64,000 bases of DNA from Lama guanicoe (lineage: Eukaryota), in the NCBI GenBank assembly GCA_013239625.1, contig MU053645.1:1108274-1172273 (forward strand). The letters are read 5' to 3'. Positions 34,581 through 47,080 of this stretch are shown one piece after another. The first letter of the stretch is position 1; each line of letters starts with the position of its first letter. The position numbers and the translations under genes were made by a program. The notes beneath the pieces are model-generated. The model ran no database searches. It worked only from the letters and a program-made list of their open reading frames with translations, and was not told the origin of the DNA.

Positions 34581-37500
34581 AGGCTTACTCCATCTTCCCC
34601 AAAAATGTTTATCTGGGCATTTTCTTGGACTAGGCCCAACTCCCTCTGACTATTAAAGTAACTCTATGTCCTTCAAGATCATTCTAAAAGCCAACCAGTT
34701 CACATGAGGGTCTTTCCATTGTGTCACACAATATTTAGGGATTTATTTGGAGACAGCTTAAATACAGGTTATCCTGAACAAGAAGTAAGTTGGATGAAAA
34801 GCACTAGAAGGCAGCTCTTTGTTACCTGGTGCCTCGAATCACACTCCTCCCAAGTGATACATTTTCTGGTACACTCCAACACAAAGATACACAGGTTAAT
34901 CTTTTTGATGCTATTTTGCTATAAAAATCCACAATCATTTGTCACCATGTAGACGTCAAATGTGGGTGAATACTGGGGAAGAACTACAGATATGCAGAAA
35001 ATCACATAAGCGGGGGTTAAGATTTAGTTTGAACAACAATCTCCTTTGTCACTTTTGCATGACTGTTGGGTAGTAGAGGTGAACTTTGTCTTACAAAACA
35101 GGTGTGTTTCCCTCAAACCCTCTAGAGACGGACAACTAGATGTAAAATATACAAGTGGGATTTCCTATTTAGAGCAACTCTTTGGTATATTATCTAGGTT
35201 GTAAGTTTGGGTTCAGTTGTATTTCACTGGCTTAAATCAAGGTCGATCTGCTCTGGGTTTAATGCAAAGTAACCCCAGTAAAATCTAATCTAGTGGTTTG
35301 TCCTTGTAAAATTCCTACTACCTAGGCGCATTAAGGCGTGACAGATATGATTTTTCAAACTACATTTTTCACATATTTGAAAACAGAAACCTAAAATGAC
35401 TCTAAACTGAGGTAATAACATAACTTTGACTTGAGAATTTTAGCTACAATTCTGTGATCCATGTACTCATGTACCATAGAAAGAAAACTGAATTTGGCGC
35501 CAGAACATCTAGGTTCACATTTTGACTCTGTCATTTACTAACAACCTATTGGCACCTCAGTATTGTAACCTACAAACTGGGGATACTAGTCCTTGCCTTC
35601 ATCCCAGGCCTGCCCTAAGATCAATGAAAAAAGCAACCTCTGAGAAAGCTGTCTGTCACATCCCCTTGCTATTCCAGATAGAAAAGCTTGTTGTGATACT
35701 CCCTGTCCAGACTGTGGCATCTGTTACAAGATAACCATGTGTGACACTGTTGATCATTTCAGAGATTTGGTTAGGTTTGAAATAAAGATGTAAATCATGG
35801 ACAGGAAAAATGAAATATTAGGTGAGCCTTTAGCAACAATACTTTAAATGATTTGTGGCAGGCTCTAGATTGTGTCCTGGTTTCCTAACCCTTATGATCA
35901 TTCAAGCTCTCCAATGGAATATGCTCAATGCTAGTTTAACCCCAAGCATTTCCATATCCCAGTCTGGCATACATGTGCTCACAGGAAACAAGCGGATTAT
36001 ACTACCAATTAGCTAATGGAACTCATGTTTGACACTCTCCAAGTTTTGGTGTGAAAGTAACCCTTTGCATTACTTACCCAACCTAGTCTACTGTTCAACA
36101 TTTACAATTCATATAAAATGTTACTGCACATGGGCATCTTATTCAAAGAGCACATTCTAAGTGCTAAACTATTTCCACAGTAAAAAGATCTCACTTCCAC
36201 AATAGTATACTCAGATCCAATCATAAATACCGTAATATCCATTGACCTACCAATTTCATTATAATGGGAGAAATCATCTGTGATCCTGGCCTTCATGAAT
36301 TCTCCAGCCCTCTGGTTTCATTAAAGAGCTTTCCTAGGCTGGAAGAGAAATTGCCTCAACTGGTCCCACTCTCCATCCCCAGTTTCATAAGTGGCTCTCT
36401 TCAATCAGTTCATCAGTTAATTGATGTTAATTTTAAAGTGCTATGAACTTCTTAGGAAATACGCACAAATACTAACAAGCTTTTCCATTTCCAATTGAAA
36501 AATTTATATTGAAAAAAATTGTATTTCAATACTCAGTAGCCACATTTTCAGTAAACATCAGTGGTGCCAATCAGATTTAAATTGTATAAACCATTTCCTT
36601 GATCTACACACTCAAAATACGTTTTGGAGGAAAATGTGAAAGAGATGGACATTTATTTTAAATTGCCTTGATCATTCCCTTTATTTGATTAATTACCTGA
36701 CTACCTTTAATCATTGGGAGACTGCGCTATTGCAGACTCATTAGTGGAGTGAATCTGAGAAATAACTGGCAAAAAGGACAGAAGTCTTGTCTCAGTCCCA
36801 CTGCTGACTTTCTTCTGGGCCCTATGCCAGTTATTGAACTTTCCATTTATCCACTGCTACCTAAGTCATCCACAAAGGCTTAAGTTACTCAATGTTTTTA
36901 TTCCTTAAGCTAAAATACAAGTTGGGGAAATAAATGCTCTTAACATCTAAACAGAACAACAAGAAGAAAAGGTAAAGCTACATCTTAAAAATTGAAAAGC
37001 AATTGTCTGGATTTGCTAACGGGTAAAATTCTCCAGAAAAATATGCTGCAAATACATGCATATGAAATATTTCAGTATCCCACAGCTGCATGTGTTTTGT
37101 TTTCCAGTGCCTCTAATCTAGCAGAAGGAATTTAAACTAGATCCTATATTGACACATTAGAGTCATTCCTAGCAGTTTCAAAACAAACACAATTTATACA
37201 GTTATGTTTTTGCTCCTAACCAAGACTTTAGGTCCTGAAATGCAGAGTCTGTAGGAAAACTTAACCTCCAAACCAGTGCTCTTAAATTTACAAAAAATAA
37301 GTTCACAGGATAATAATGTCAAATCAATTCTTCTGGCGTTCTAATTCATCAGTGTACAAACCAGGGTGAAATCATGAGGTGTGGTGAGCAAAGGAAAAGA
37401 CTCAGATGTTCTAAATACTGTTTGTACCAACCCCATATTCTTAGAGTCTCTCAAATCCAGCTGTTTAAGGGCCCACCCTTGCCTCTGACCAGAAGAAAGT

Positions 37501-37664
37501 GACAGCTCTCTCTTTATAGGTCAAGTAAGGATTTGAAATGTGTGCCTCCTTTCCCTGAGTAGACATAATTCCGAAGAGATTACGATACAAATGCTCTGTG
37601 TATATCGTTTCCCCTTATTTCCCCCATTGAGTCTTCTTATATCGCACTGCTTCAGAGGACAGGA

Positions 37665-37790
37665 TTCAATTGATCATGTATCTGTTGAGCATCTCTAGGG
37701 AGCAGTTATGTGCTAGGTCTGGAGGGTGAGGGGCTGTCCAACAAAAGTAGATGTTATAGAGCCTTATATTCTACTAGTATTTTACATTAT
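37665..37790 (-). mobile_element. L2 3' end
   Basis: attcaattgatcatgtatctgttgagcatct...tgtgctagg...ccttatattcta. Confidence 0.6.
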
Positions 37791-38899
37791 AGCAGAAAAG
37801 CCCAATGTGCCTAGGAATAGTCGATAAGGACTTTGTGCAGGAGAGTTAATTAATTGATGGGATAGAATTATTTAGGCCAAGAGGGTTTGGGAAATCATTC
37901 CATGCATGTAAGGCACATGAACAAAGATATGGATGACAATGAGAATGACCAAGATCCGTGTGGAAAGGCCATGACTTTAGCAAAGGGTATGTGTTGGCAA
38001 AGGAGAGACATAAACCTGAAGGACTGGAGTGCTAGTACAGAAAGAAAGATCTCTCTGAGTTTCAGAGTGGAACGCAGAACCGCATTCAATCAGCACTGAA
38101 GAGAAGCATTTTGGTAACGCAAGCCAAAGATATAGGGATGATTATGAGCCGACCAATTGTGCAAGAAAACACATCTATACTTGCTTCGAGGGAAAAAAAA
38201 TACAATGAACTTGTGCCTTTTTACTCCTAACAGAGACCCATAGCATACATAGCAAGAACCATACCAAGACAAATGCTAACTCTTTTTTGGATAGTAACAA
38301 TGACCATTAAGCCATATAACGGGACTCAAATAGATCATTATTCTCTTCATAAGTAATTATATACCAAGGATGTGATATGTGCAATGCTTGTACTAGGACA
38401 GTTATATTATAGCCATGATTTCAAGGAAGGATATTAGAGTCCTTGTCATTATAAGTAAACCCTACTTTAAGCAACTCTAATAAATGATAATCCAAACATT
38501 TTTAGGAGGCTCAGTTAGCGACTGTCTTTGTCTCTCTCTCACATGGATCTGTGCACGCAAACACACACACACACACTACTACCTCCACCAAAACAACACT
38601 ATTTTAAATAGTAAGCAACCTCAGTGCCTTTAATGTTAGATTATAATAACAGGTAAGTCATAACCTCACTCTGAATTGCCTTCAGCCTCTTTCCATACAA
38701 AACTACAGCAGGACTTGTCCTATACCACTGACATTTTCCTAAAAGCCCCAGAAACTCCTGTTCCTTTTTTTCCTTCTTGGTCAAATTAACATGCATTATT
38801 CAGAGTATAAAGGGGGCGGTTATTTGGTAAACTTATTATGTATTGCTTCCAGAAAGATAAAGAAGGATATAGTTGTTGTTTTTGTTAAGTACAAACAGC

Positions 38900-39100
38900 A
38901 ATAATAGCTAACATTTATTGACTTTCACTCAGGGCCAGGCACTGTCTTAAACCCCTCCCATGGATTATCTCACTTAAATCCCACATTTTTCAGAAAGGTT
39001 AAATAACTCACCCAATTTTACATAGCTAGGAGGTTTGAGGACTCAAGATTTGAATCCAGATAATGTCATTCAATACTTTAAATAACTACACAACATGGAC
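38900..39100 (-). mobile_element. MIR
   Basis: aatagctaacatttattga...gccaggcactgt...attatctcacttaa...aggttaaataact...gatttgaatccag. Confidence 0.85.
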
Positions 39101-39399
39101 TCCTGGGCTCAGTCCGCATACATCTACAAAATTTTAATGTACCTTACAAATCCTCCTTGTGGAAAATGAAAATTAACTATGCAGTCACATTAACCCTTGC
39201 ATGTAGACTGTCCCTTCGATGCTGTTATAATGCGGTCCTTGTGAATTTTGTTTCTAATTACAGATATGTTTTTCTCTGAGCTATTTATTTGTTCTATCCC
39301 AAACTCATCTGGACCTACAGTGAAGATTTGGAATTTGTTGCCTCTAGTTAGAGTCATGAAGCAGAGCAAAATCCACCTGTCTGATATTCAAGCCTACAG

Positions 39400-39680
39400 T
39401 GTGGACTTCTTTCATATTGAGTCCTATAATGCTTGGGACTATATCTTCTTCAGGGAAGAATTCCATAACCTCACTCTATCCACCCATTCCCCAGTAGGTT
39501 ATGTTCACCCTCCTTAATTCTCCTTCTTAGCAATGAATCTCAGGTTGTAATTGTATAATTACAGTATTTATTATTTTTGGTGTTTCAGCTAGTCTTCAAA
39601 CTTCCTGAGGGCAATGACCTATGATTTGCTTACTGGTATTTTTCAGCACCCAGCATAGTGCCGGGTGTATAGTTTATAAT
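39400..39680 (+). mobile_element. L2 3' fragment
   Basis: atcttcttcagggaag...aaacttcctgagggcaatgac...cagcacccagcatagtgcc. Confidence 0.65.
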
Positions 39681-42039
39681 TAGACTATTCACCAAGAAAA
39701 TATGACTCCAAGCAGTGACATACTTGAAAATTAGGTTCTCAGAGCGCTGGTTTATTGTTATAGTGATTATTCTGCAGTTAAGTGAGGAGTTCCACATTCC
39801 TCCCGTTTTCATCAGAGATGGAGAGAGAATTTATAAATACTGTTCTCTCTGGCTCAAGATGTTACAGCTTGGTTCCAAATAAACCATTGACTCTAGGATT
39901 GGAATACAGCTAACATACCATCTAGTTTATTTTCTTTCTCTCATATATCAGAAAAGTGAGGCTACAGAGATGAAGGACTTACCAAAGGTCATGCAAACAA
40001 TCTCTGATGAAAGCAGCTATGAATTTCTAACTATTCGGGTTTTCAAAAAATGTGATAAGTAGAGAGAGAAGTATGTTTAAAAAATAGAAGAAAACCAAAC
40101 CAAAACATTACCTCGATAACAGCAAGTTGTCACAAGATTAGTTCCAATGTCAGACAGTTTTCATACAAAGTTCAAGAGCTTAATTAATGACTATATCTGT
40201 CTGAAGTTACTTTAGGGGCTGGGAACGCTAAAATTTCTAAGTCTATTTTTAGGCAGGTGTACGTCTAAGTCAGGCTCTGTCATCTTTGTTCTGAACTAGC
40301 TCCCTTCCCAGTCTCTCTCACTGAATGCCCAGGAACAGTTTCCCAGACTGGGCTCCTCTCAGATAAAACATCTGCTTGTTGTTTCTCCTCCTGCCAGCAA
40401 CACTGCACAATTTTTGGCAATCTTCTGAAAACTCCTCTGAATCTGACTTGTGGGAGTTTTCTGGAGCTCCTCAAATGGAAATACATCCAAAATGCGGTAG
40501 TGTTCAGATTGGCTTGTTTTTTTGCAATATCCCAAAATGGGAACACGCAGATGACTTCAAGGAATCTGTTATTCAAGCTGACCTCATGCCCCTCCAATTG
40601 CCCTTTAGCTTTGTTGCAAATAAAAGACTGAATAGCGACCATTAATACCATCTAGCCCAATAAGTGTCATCTCCATGACATCACAGCTATTAAAAGAACT
40701 GCAGTCACAAATAGTACAAAGCCTGGACTATCAATAAGTCATTCATCATCTGGGGAAAATGAATGTGGCATATGTCTGGAATCTGTAAAGCACTCCATTT
40801 AGAATAGCACCCGCATTGGTGAGGGAGCCTCAGAAAAGCATAAATATCATTTACTTCTCAGAAGCATCAGTTGTTCCAAAATACTCTCAAAATTTGTATC
40901 TTCTATTGCCTTTTCCTAGCCTGACAGCCATTTCACCTACCAAGCTAACACTAAGCTTTCCTGAACTAATGACAAATGAAGTGATTGCATTCTGCAAGGC
41001 CTAACTTAATCAAACACGAAACCTCAGCCATCAAACATGAAACCATTTTTGTTCATAGTTATGCATTTATACACTGTTCATTTTTCAACTGTCTTAATGT
41101 ATTCTATATATTCATCTGTTAAAATGAATAGGCACATCAAAGGCAGGGACTACCTCGTACCACACATGGTATCAATTATTATTTACTCCATGGCTTTAGA
41201 CATGACAATTTGACCCAAAAGCCCTTAAAGTAATATTCCACCTTTTCTGAACTAAGAATGATTATTTTCTGGACTTGGTTTACCCTCAACTCTGACTAAA
41301 TGACATCAACTCAGCCTCATTCCACTAATAGTTCATGGCAAACTGACACTGCATGTAAATGAAAAAGAATTTTATGCGCATATGAGTAAATTCTACTTTC
41401 CAACTTCCAGTCCTATATTTGACAGGTAACCATGAAGTATATCAAATCTATTCTTCTACTTGTTAATTTTCAAGCTCAGATACATGGACCATGGACTGAA
41501 AGGGATCTCAACCAGTTTGTGCAAACCAAAACCCTCAGTGCCCCTAGAGTACTTGGAATAGGATGTGTCAAGACCCTGTAGGAAAGCAGATGGGCTAGGC
41601 ATGCAGGGGCTAACTGTGAGCCAGAGTCAGGTTGAGGAAGAGACACTACCAAGGTGCAGCCAGATACTCAAGGTCCTCAGACAGTCATATCTCTGCCAGT
41701 GACTTGGGCTTCAGTCCTATCTTATTTTACCTATGCACTAAAACAGGTAATTCGCCTTCTCACACAGTTCTAACTTTGCTCTCATGGAATCTTAAAAATA
41801 CTCCTGAGTTGTTTTGTACCTTCCATCTACTCACTCAAACTCCATTTCTTACTGCTACATTTCCCGGGGACCCCATAATTGCTCCCTCTGACTGATGAAT
41901 GGGTTTTGGTGTTCTTTCAATTTACCAGGTTGTCCTTAGCTTCCCCAATTTGCCTTCCACTTCTAAAACTGAAGGGCCTTTCATGAGAGCTGAGATCTTT
42001 CTACCTTGTCCAGTGCTCAGCCGGTCTGAAAGCTTTCTT

Positions 42040-42562
42040 GCATTGGTTATCTAACAAACTAATGACTATCTAACAAACTACTCTGCAACATAGTTGCTTT
42101 AAACAACAATAATCATTTACTTTGCTCATAAATCTGCAAATTTGGGCAGATCTTGGCAGGAACAACTTTGCTCTATGAAGTGTCAGCTGTGGTGGCTCAA
42201 CTGGGGACTATAGGATCTACTTTGAAGCTGGTTCATTCACATGGCTAGTAAGTAGGTGCTGGAAGCTCATCCAGGGCTATGAGCCAGAAGCCCTGGTTAT
42301 TTTCCATGTGGGCCTTTATATGAGCTACTTGGCTTCCTCACATCATGATGGCCAGGTTTTAAGAATAAGCTTCCTAAAATTAAGAAGTAAAAGCTGTCAG
42401 TTTCTTAAGGCCTATGCCTAGAAACTGGCATAGTGTCATTTTCACTGTATGCTATTGGTTAAATCCATTAGAGAGTCCAGATTCAAGGGGGAAGGACATA
42501 AATGCACACCTGTCAATGGTTAGAAAATCAAAGAATTTTAGGACCATGTTTTAAAATCATTA
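42040..42562 (-). mobile_element. MaLR LTR (MLT1G/H-like)
   Basis: aaacaacaataatcattta...gctcataaatctgcaa...ggcttcctcacatcatgatggc...gaaactggcatagtgtca...cagattcaaggg. Confidence 0.8.
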
Positions 42563-43229
42563 GACCAATGTAGCCCAAACCAAATTATTGCTTATCTTTT
42601 TATCTTTCAGTCTCAAGATGTTTATTTGGAACAGGATTAAATCCAAGACTTTCTGAATTCTCATCATTAAAATAGCCTTCATCTCTTATTTCACACAGAT
42701 TTTCTTCAAAGACTGAATCTTATCCTATGTACTCCAAAACTTAAGTTTGCATGATCCTTTACATAGACTTCCTCCCTAGTACATGCTTCTTTGCCCTGTG
42801 CATGGATTATACTCTTTTCCTATAAAACCCTTCCATGTAATGAAACATGGGTTTTATTCTAACTGTTCTTCCCTCTTCTACAGATAACATAGTCACCAAC
42901 CATCAATGAAAGCATTTCTCAACCATTTCCCACATGCAGAAGCTTATTCCAGAGCTGCACTGACTGTTTACAAAGTTACAAAGAATCATTTCAATGAAAG
43001 TTCACTGGACATAGGAAGGGGATGTACAGGAAATTCATTGCTCTATGTGTATGACCTTCAGCAAATCACTAAGTCTTTTAGGGCATATTAAGGTTTGAAC
43101 TCAATGATCATTAAAGTCATTTCAAACGAATTAATTAAGAATAAATACAAATCATCCATGTCTAAAAGTATCGTAAGGTATGTTTGAGGAGACAGGGTGA
43201 ATAAAAAACATGACTCAGATAAGTACATT

Positions 43230-43640
43230 CCAGCCATAGTGGCCTTCTTTTATTACCTTGAACTTGGCCTACTCCTTCTCTCATCACAGAACCTTTTCAT
43301 ATGCAATTTCCATGCCTACCATGTTCTTCCCAGGATTTACTCCCACAACCTCGTTAATGACTACTCAAATTTCGGAGTTCAGTTTAGAAATCACTTCCTC
43401 AGGAGGCATTCCCTATGCCTCCTCTAGTCGGTTTTCTTAATCTATGTCTTCCCTTTGTCATCTGTTGTCTTATAGGCATGTTCTTTTACTTCTGAGCAGC
43501 TATAAGTCGTTTCTTTATCAGTGGTTGTCAGCTCCATTTAAGTGAGACCTCCAAAAAAGCAAGATCTGTGTCTGTTTGAGGTAAACATTGTGTTCCCAGA
43601 AGCAAATATGTAGCAACAAGTAATAGTTGAAAGAAGGAAG
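43230..43640 (+). mobile_element. L2 3' fragment
   Basis: ttcagtttagaaatcacttcctcaggaggcattccct...gtgagacctcc...atctgtgtctgttt. Confidence 0.65.
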
Positions 43641-44719
43641 AAAGGAAGTTAGGGAGGGAGGGAAAAGGTAATTAAACAGATATTACAAGAATATAAAGGA
43701 CGGACGCTTGCTATGAGCCGAAGCTTCAAGCAAGTCTCTGTGGAGATGAGATTTGAGTTGGACCTTGAGAGAAAAGATTTATCTATGTGTGGGGTGAGGA
43801 ATGAAAGACGAATAGAGGGAGAACATTCCAGAAAAGGGGGGTGGGGGGGAAGGTGTGAGCAAAGAAGGAAAGTTTTAGGAGAGGGTAAGTACACCATTTG
43901 GCTCAGAGAGAGTTCGTTTGTTATGAAGACTAACCAAACTCTGAATTTACCTTGAAGCAGTAAATTGAAGTCAGACCATTTGAGATTTACACGCCTGGGT
44001 AAGGAGTTAGGACTAAAAGCCTGTATTTCTGAGATAAAGAATGACACTGGTGTAGAAGAGGAAAATTTTTGTCTTCCAAATTACCTGGAACACAATGGTT
44101 TACAGGATAACTTAATCCTGGGTCGCTCACTTTCTTTCCACTTCGATGGATTGTTTCTATCAAAGTATGAAAGGCACATCAGACCAGAGCCTTGAAATTA
44201 CTCCCTTCATCACTCTGCTCCTCCTCTGAAAACGGACAGGATTGGGCTGGGGGTCCTTGCTCTCTACCTTTCATCAGCATAGAAGACTTGTAGTATTAAA
44301 TTATACCTTTTAATTTTCAGGCCTGCCATGAATGAAGGTGGTATCATGTTCAATTTTAAAGAACAAGATTCAAAAATAAGCTTCTGACTCATTCCACACA
44401 CCGCAAACTGTAAGCGACAGAGACTTTTAAAATCAGTTTTTAGCCTCTCTTTCTAACCCAGTGGTTTTCGGACCACTAGCCTGAAGATCAGAAAAAAATT
44501 TTGAATATATAATAATAAAAGAAATGCATTGGCAAAGGTTAATCCTCCACTACAGTGTCTTCTCTACATTTTGAAGTTCATACTTCATTTCCAAAGATTT
44601 GTGGGGTTCTGATTTAGAACCTTAGGTTCTCAGCTAAACTTGATACTGGTTGCCAAAAGTAACACAGTTGGCCTCCTGGAAGGACCCACACATTCTCTGA
44701 GGTACTGAACAGAATAATA

Positions 44720-44900
44720 TGGATACTGTGATACAGAAGAGGAAAGACCAGCACACTGGAGTCAAACTAGCTATACAAATTGTGGTCATGTATTCAACTT
44801 ATTTTAGGCTCAGTTTTCTGTCTCTAAAACTGGGCTATTATTTCATGAGTTGTTAGGATAATCAATAAAATTTCCTAGCATCAGTAAATATTATTTTTCT
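44720..44900 (+). mobile_element. MIR
   Basis: gcacactggagtcaa...ggctcagttttctgtctctaaaactggg...gttgttaggat. Confidence 0.65.
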
Positions 44901-45329
44901 TCTCCTTACCATTGTAAAGTATAATGCAGTTTTCATTTACTTGGAAGTTGACAAACTATGCCTTTCTTAATATTTTAAATGATTTATGCAATTAATCAAC
45001 ATGAATTAAGAATAATTTTAACAAACATTTATTAAACATCTATTATATGCTAGGCACCATTCTAGGTGTTAAATATCTACTCCATGCCTAGAACTATTCT
45101 AATTGTCCTTGAGAATGCAATAAAATTCTTAATAAAGACCCCCTTCCTAGCTGATACATTTCAAACAATTCAGTCACACCTTGATTATTAAATTAGCCAA
45201 GTCATTTAGCCCAATCTTTGTATTTCCCTAGTGCCACTAAAGAATTGTTTTGTTTGGGATTTCCTTAAAAAAAAAAAAAGATTTTGTTTAGTCTGAAAAC
45301 ATCAAAATTATCATTAATACACTAAAGCT

Positions 45330-45720
45330 TTCTTTGCAGTATTTCACAAACCTCAAACAGCTGTGACTTTTGTTAAAAGCTTTATTCTTTCCATTAATAT
45401 TTGTACCTGATTAAACTTCAATACAGGTGCACATGGCGTGGAATCACACTTTTATATTTTGCATGCAGATTAGTGGCATGGGAATTTGCATAAATTTGTT
45501 ATGCACTACTGCAAAAGTGAATGCTCAAGCAACTTTTATTTTTATCTAATCAAATCACTGCTTAATGAAAAATGACTGACTGCTTTCAGAGGCACACTGA
45601 GCTACACTCTGGGGACTGGGGTATTTACAATTCAGTGGGGGTTCCCTGCAAGCATTTGACTCCAGTACTGCTCAAGTACTAGTGAAAATTCAGTCCAGCA
45701 ACACCGATCTGATCTACCCT
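45330..45720. promoter_or_regulatory. Putative POU/SOX enhancer
   Basis: Octamer ATTTGCAT at 45484-45491 abutting Sox-Oct-like TTTGTTATGCA at 45495-45505 in repeat-free sequence. Confidence 0.35.
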
Positions 45721-46997
45721 ATTCATGGGGAGAGAGCTAGAGATGGACCTTTTTAGAAAAATCCCTTTACAGAAGAAAACATTTAAAAAGAAAATCAGAG
45801 GGGGTCTGTAGCAGCAGCATCAATAGTCACATTTGAAAGCATACTTGTAACCCACTGGGAGGCTTAACAATCACTCTCTGTCCCAAAGCAGATCAGCTTT
45901 GGTAAAATGGAATGAGAAACTAGAGGAGAGGAAAACCTTTTTTTTTTTTTTTTAATTTCCATTTTTCACATTCTTTCTGATCCATCCAACTGTTGCCACA
46001 GCACTTTCTGGAATGCGGGGAGAGGATCCAGTCACTTTTTGCTTCTATGTGAGCTGTTCATCAACGTCCCATCAACAATGAGAAGTGACCACAAATAAGA
46101 GCAACACCACTCTACCTGTATGCACTGCTTTATACTTTTTAAAGTGATTTCACGTATATTGTCTCATTGATTTATGTACAATTGATAGCTCACCTACATC
46201 CAAGGAGATTTTGAAATTAATTATAATGGCTAAATATTGATAAAGAAGTACAAAGTAAAGTTTTAAAAAGCAGAAAAAGACCAAGAGATTTGAAAAAGAA
46301 TGAGAAATCTTTATACTGTCTACTGGTTTTAACAGTACAGAATAGGGCTCAATAAATGTACTGAATGAATAAACTGTACCATAAAGTACATGGCACACAT
46401 ATGAGCTTCTCAATTAATATTTGTTGAATGAATAATAAACAAGTGGATAAACAAAGAACATAAACTGTTTAGTTTCACAGTCTCAGACGAAACAATCTGC
46501 TGTCAAAAACACACAAAACGTAAGTTACTTGATGAGGGTCACACAGGAGAATTAACCTACTATGCTCTGAGAAGCCTGTCAGTGTTCTCTGCATGGCCAA
46601 ATCCTTCCAAGAGAAATTTGCATTAATAAATAACAAGCCATTAAGATTAACATACAAATAAAGTTGGAGACCACCACTCTTTTGATTTCCTGAATGATAC
46701 TAAAAAACAAACCTAAATAAAAATGTTATAATTAAATGCATTCAAAACCAGTAGTTCATAACATTTTCCCTCCCAAAGAACATTCTTTGCTATTTTTTCT
46801 CCCAATCAAAACTGCTTAAAATGTATTCAGCCCACACTTCTGCCTTCCACATTTTCAAGTCTCACCCACTCTCATCTCCTGATCCCATCTCCATCCCAGC
46901 CACCGATCCTTTTGTGTACACAAAATACATTCACTTATTCAGCATCCTTCATTCTGGTTCTCCACCCAACCCAAGAACCATGCACTTGTCCTATGGC

Positions 46998-47080
46998 TTT
47001 TTTTTTTTTTGAAATATAGTCAGTTTACAATGTTGTGTTAATTTCTGGTGTACAGAAGAGTGATTCAGTTATACATATAT
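46998..47080 (-). mobile_element. Very short young L1 3' end with poly(T) and possible TSD
   Basis: T13 followed by gaaatatagtcagtttacaatgttgtgttaatttctggtgtacag; ttgtcctatgg (46986) / ttgccttatgg (47081). Confidence 0.8.

Noticed and set aside
36071..36200. Strong minus-strand donor TGG|GTAAGT
   Set aside because: Stops in all three upstream frames and no good acceptor
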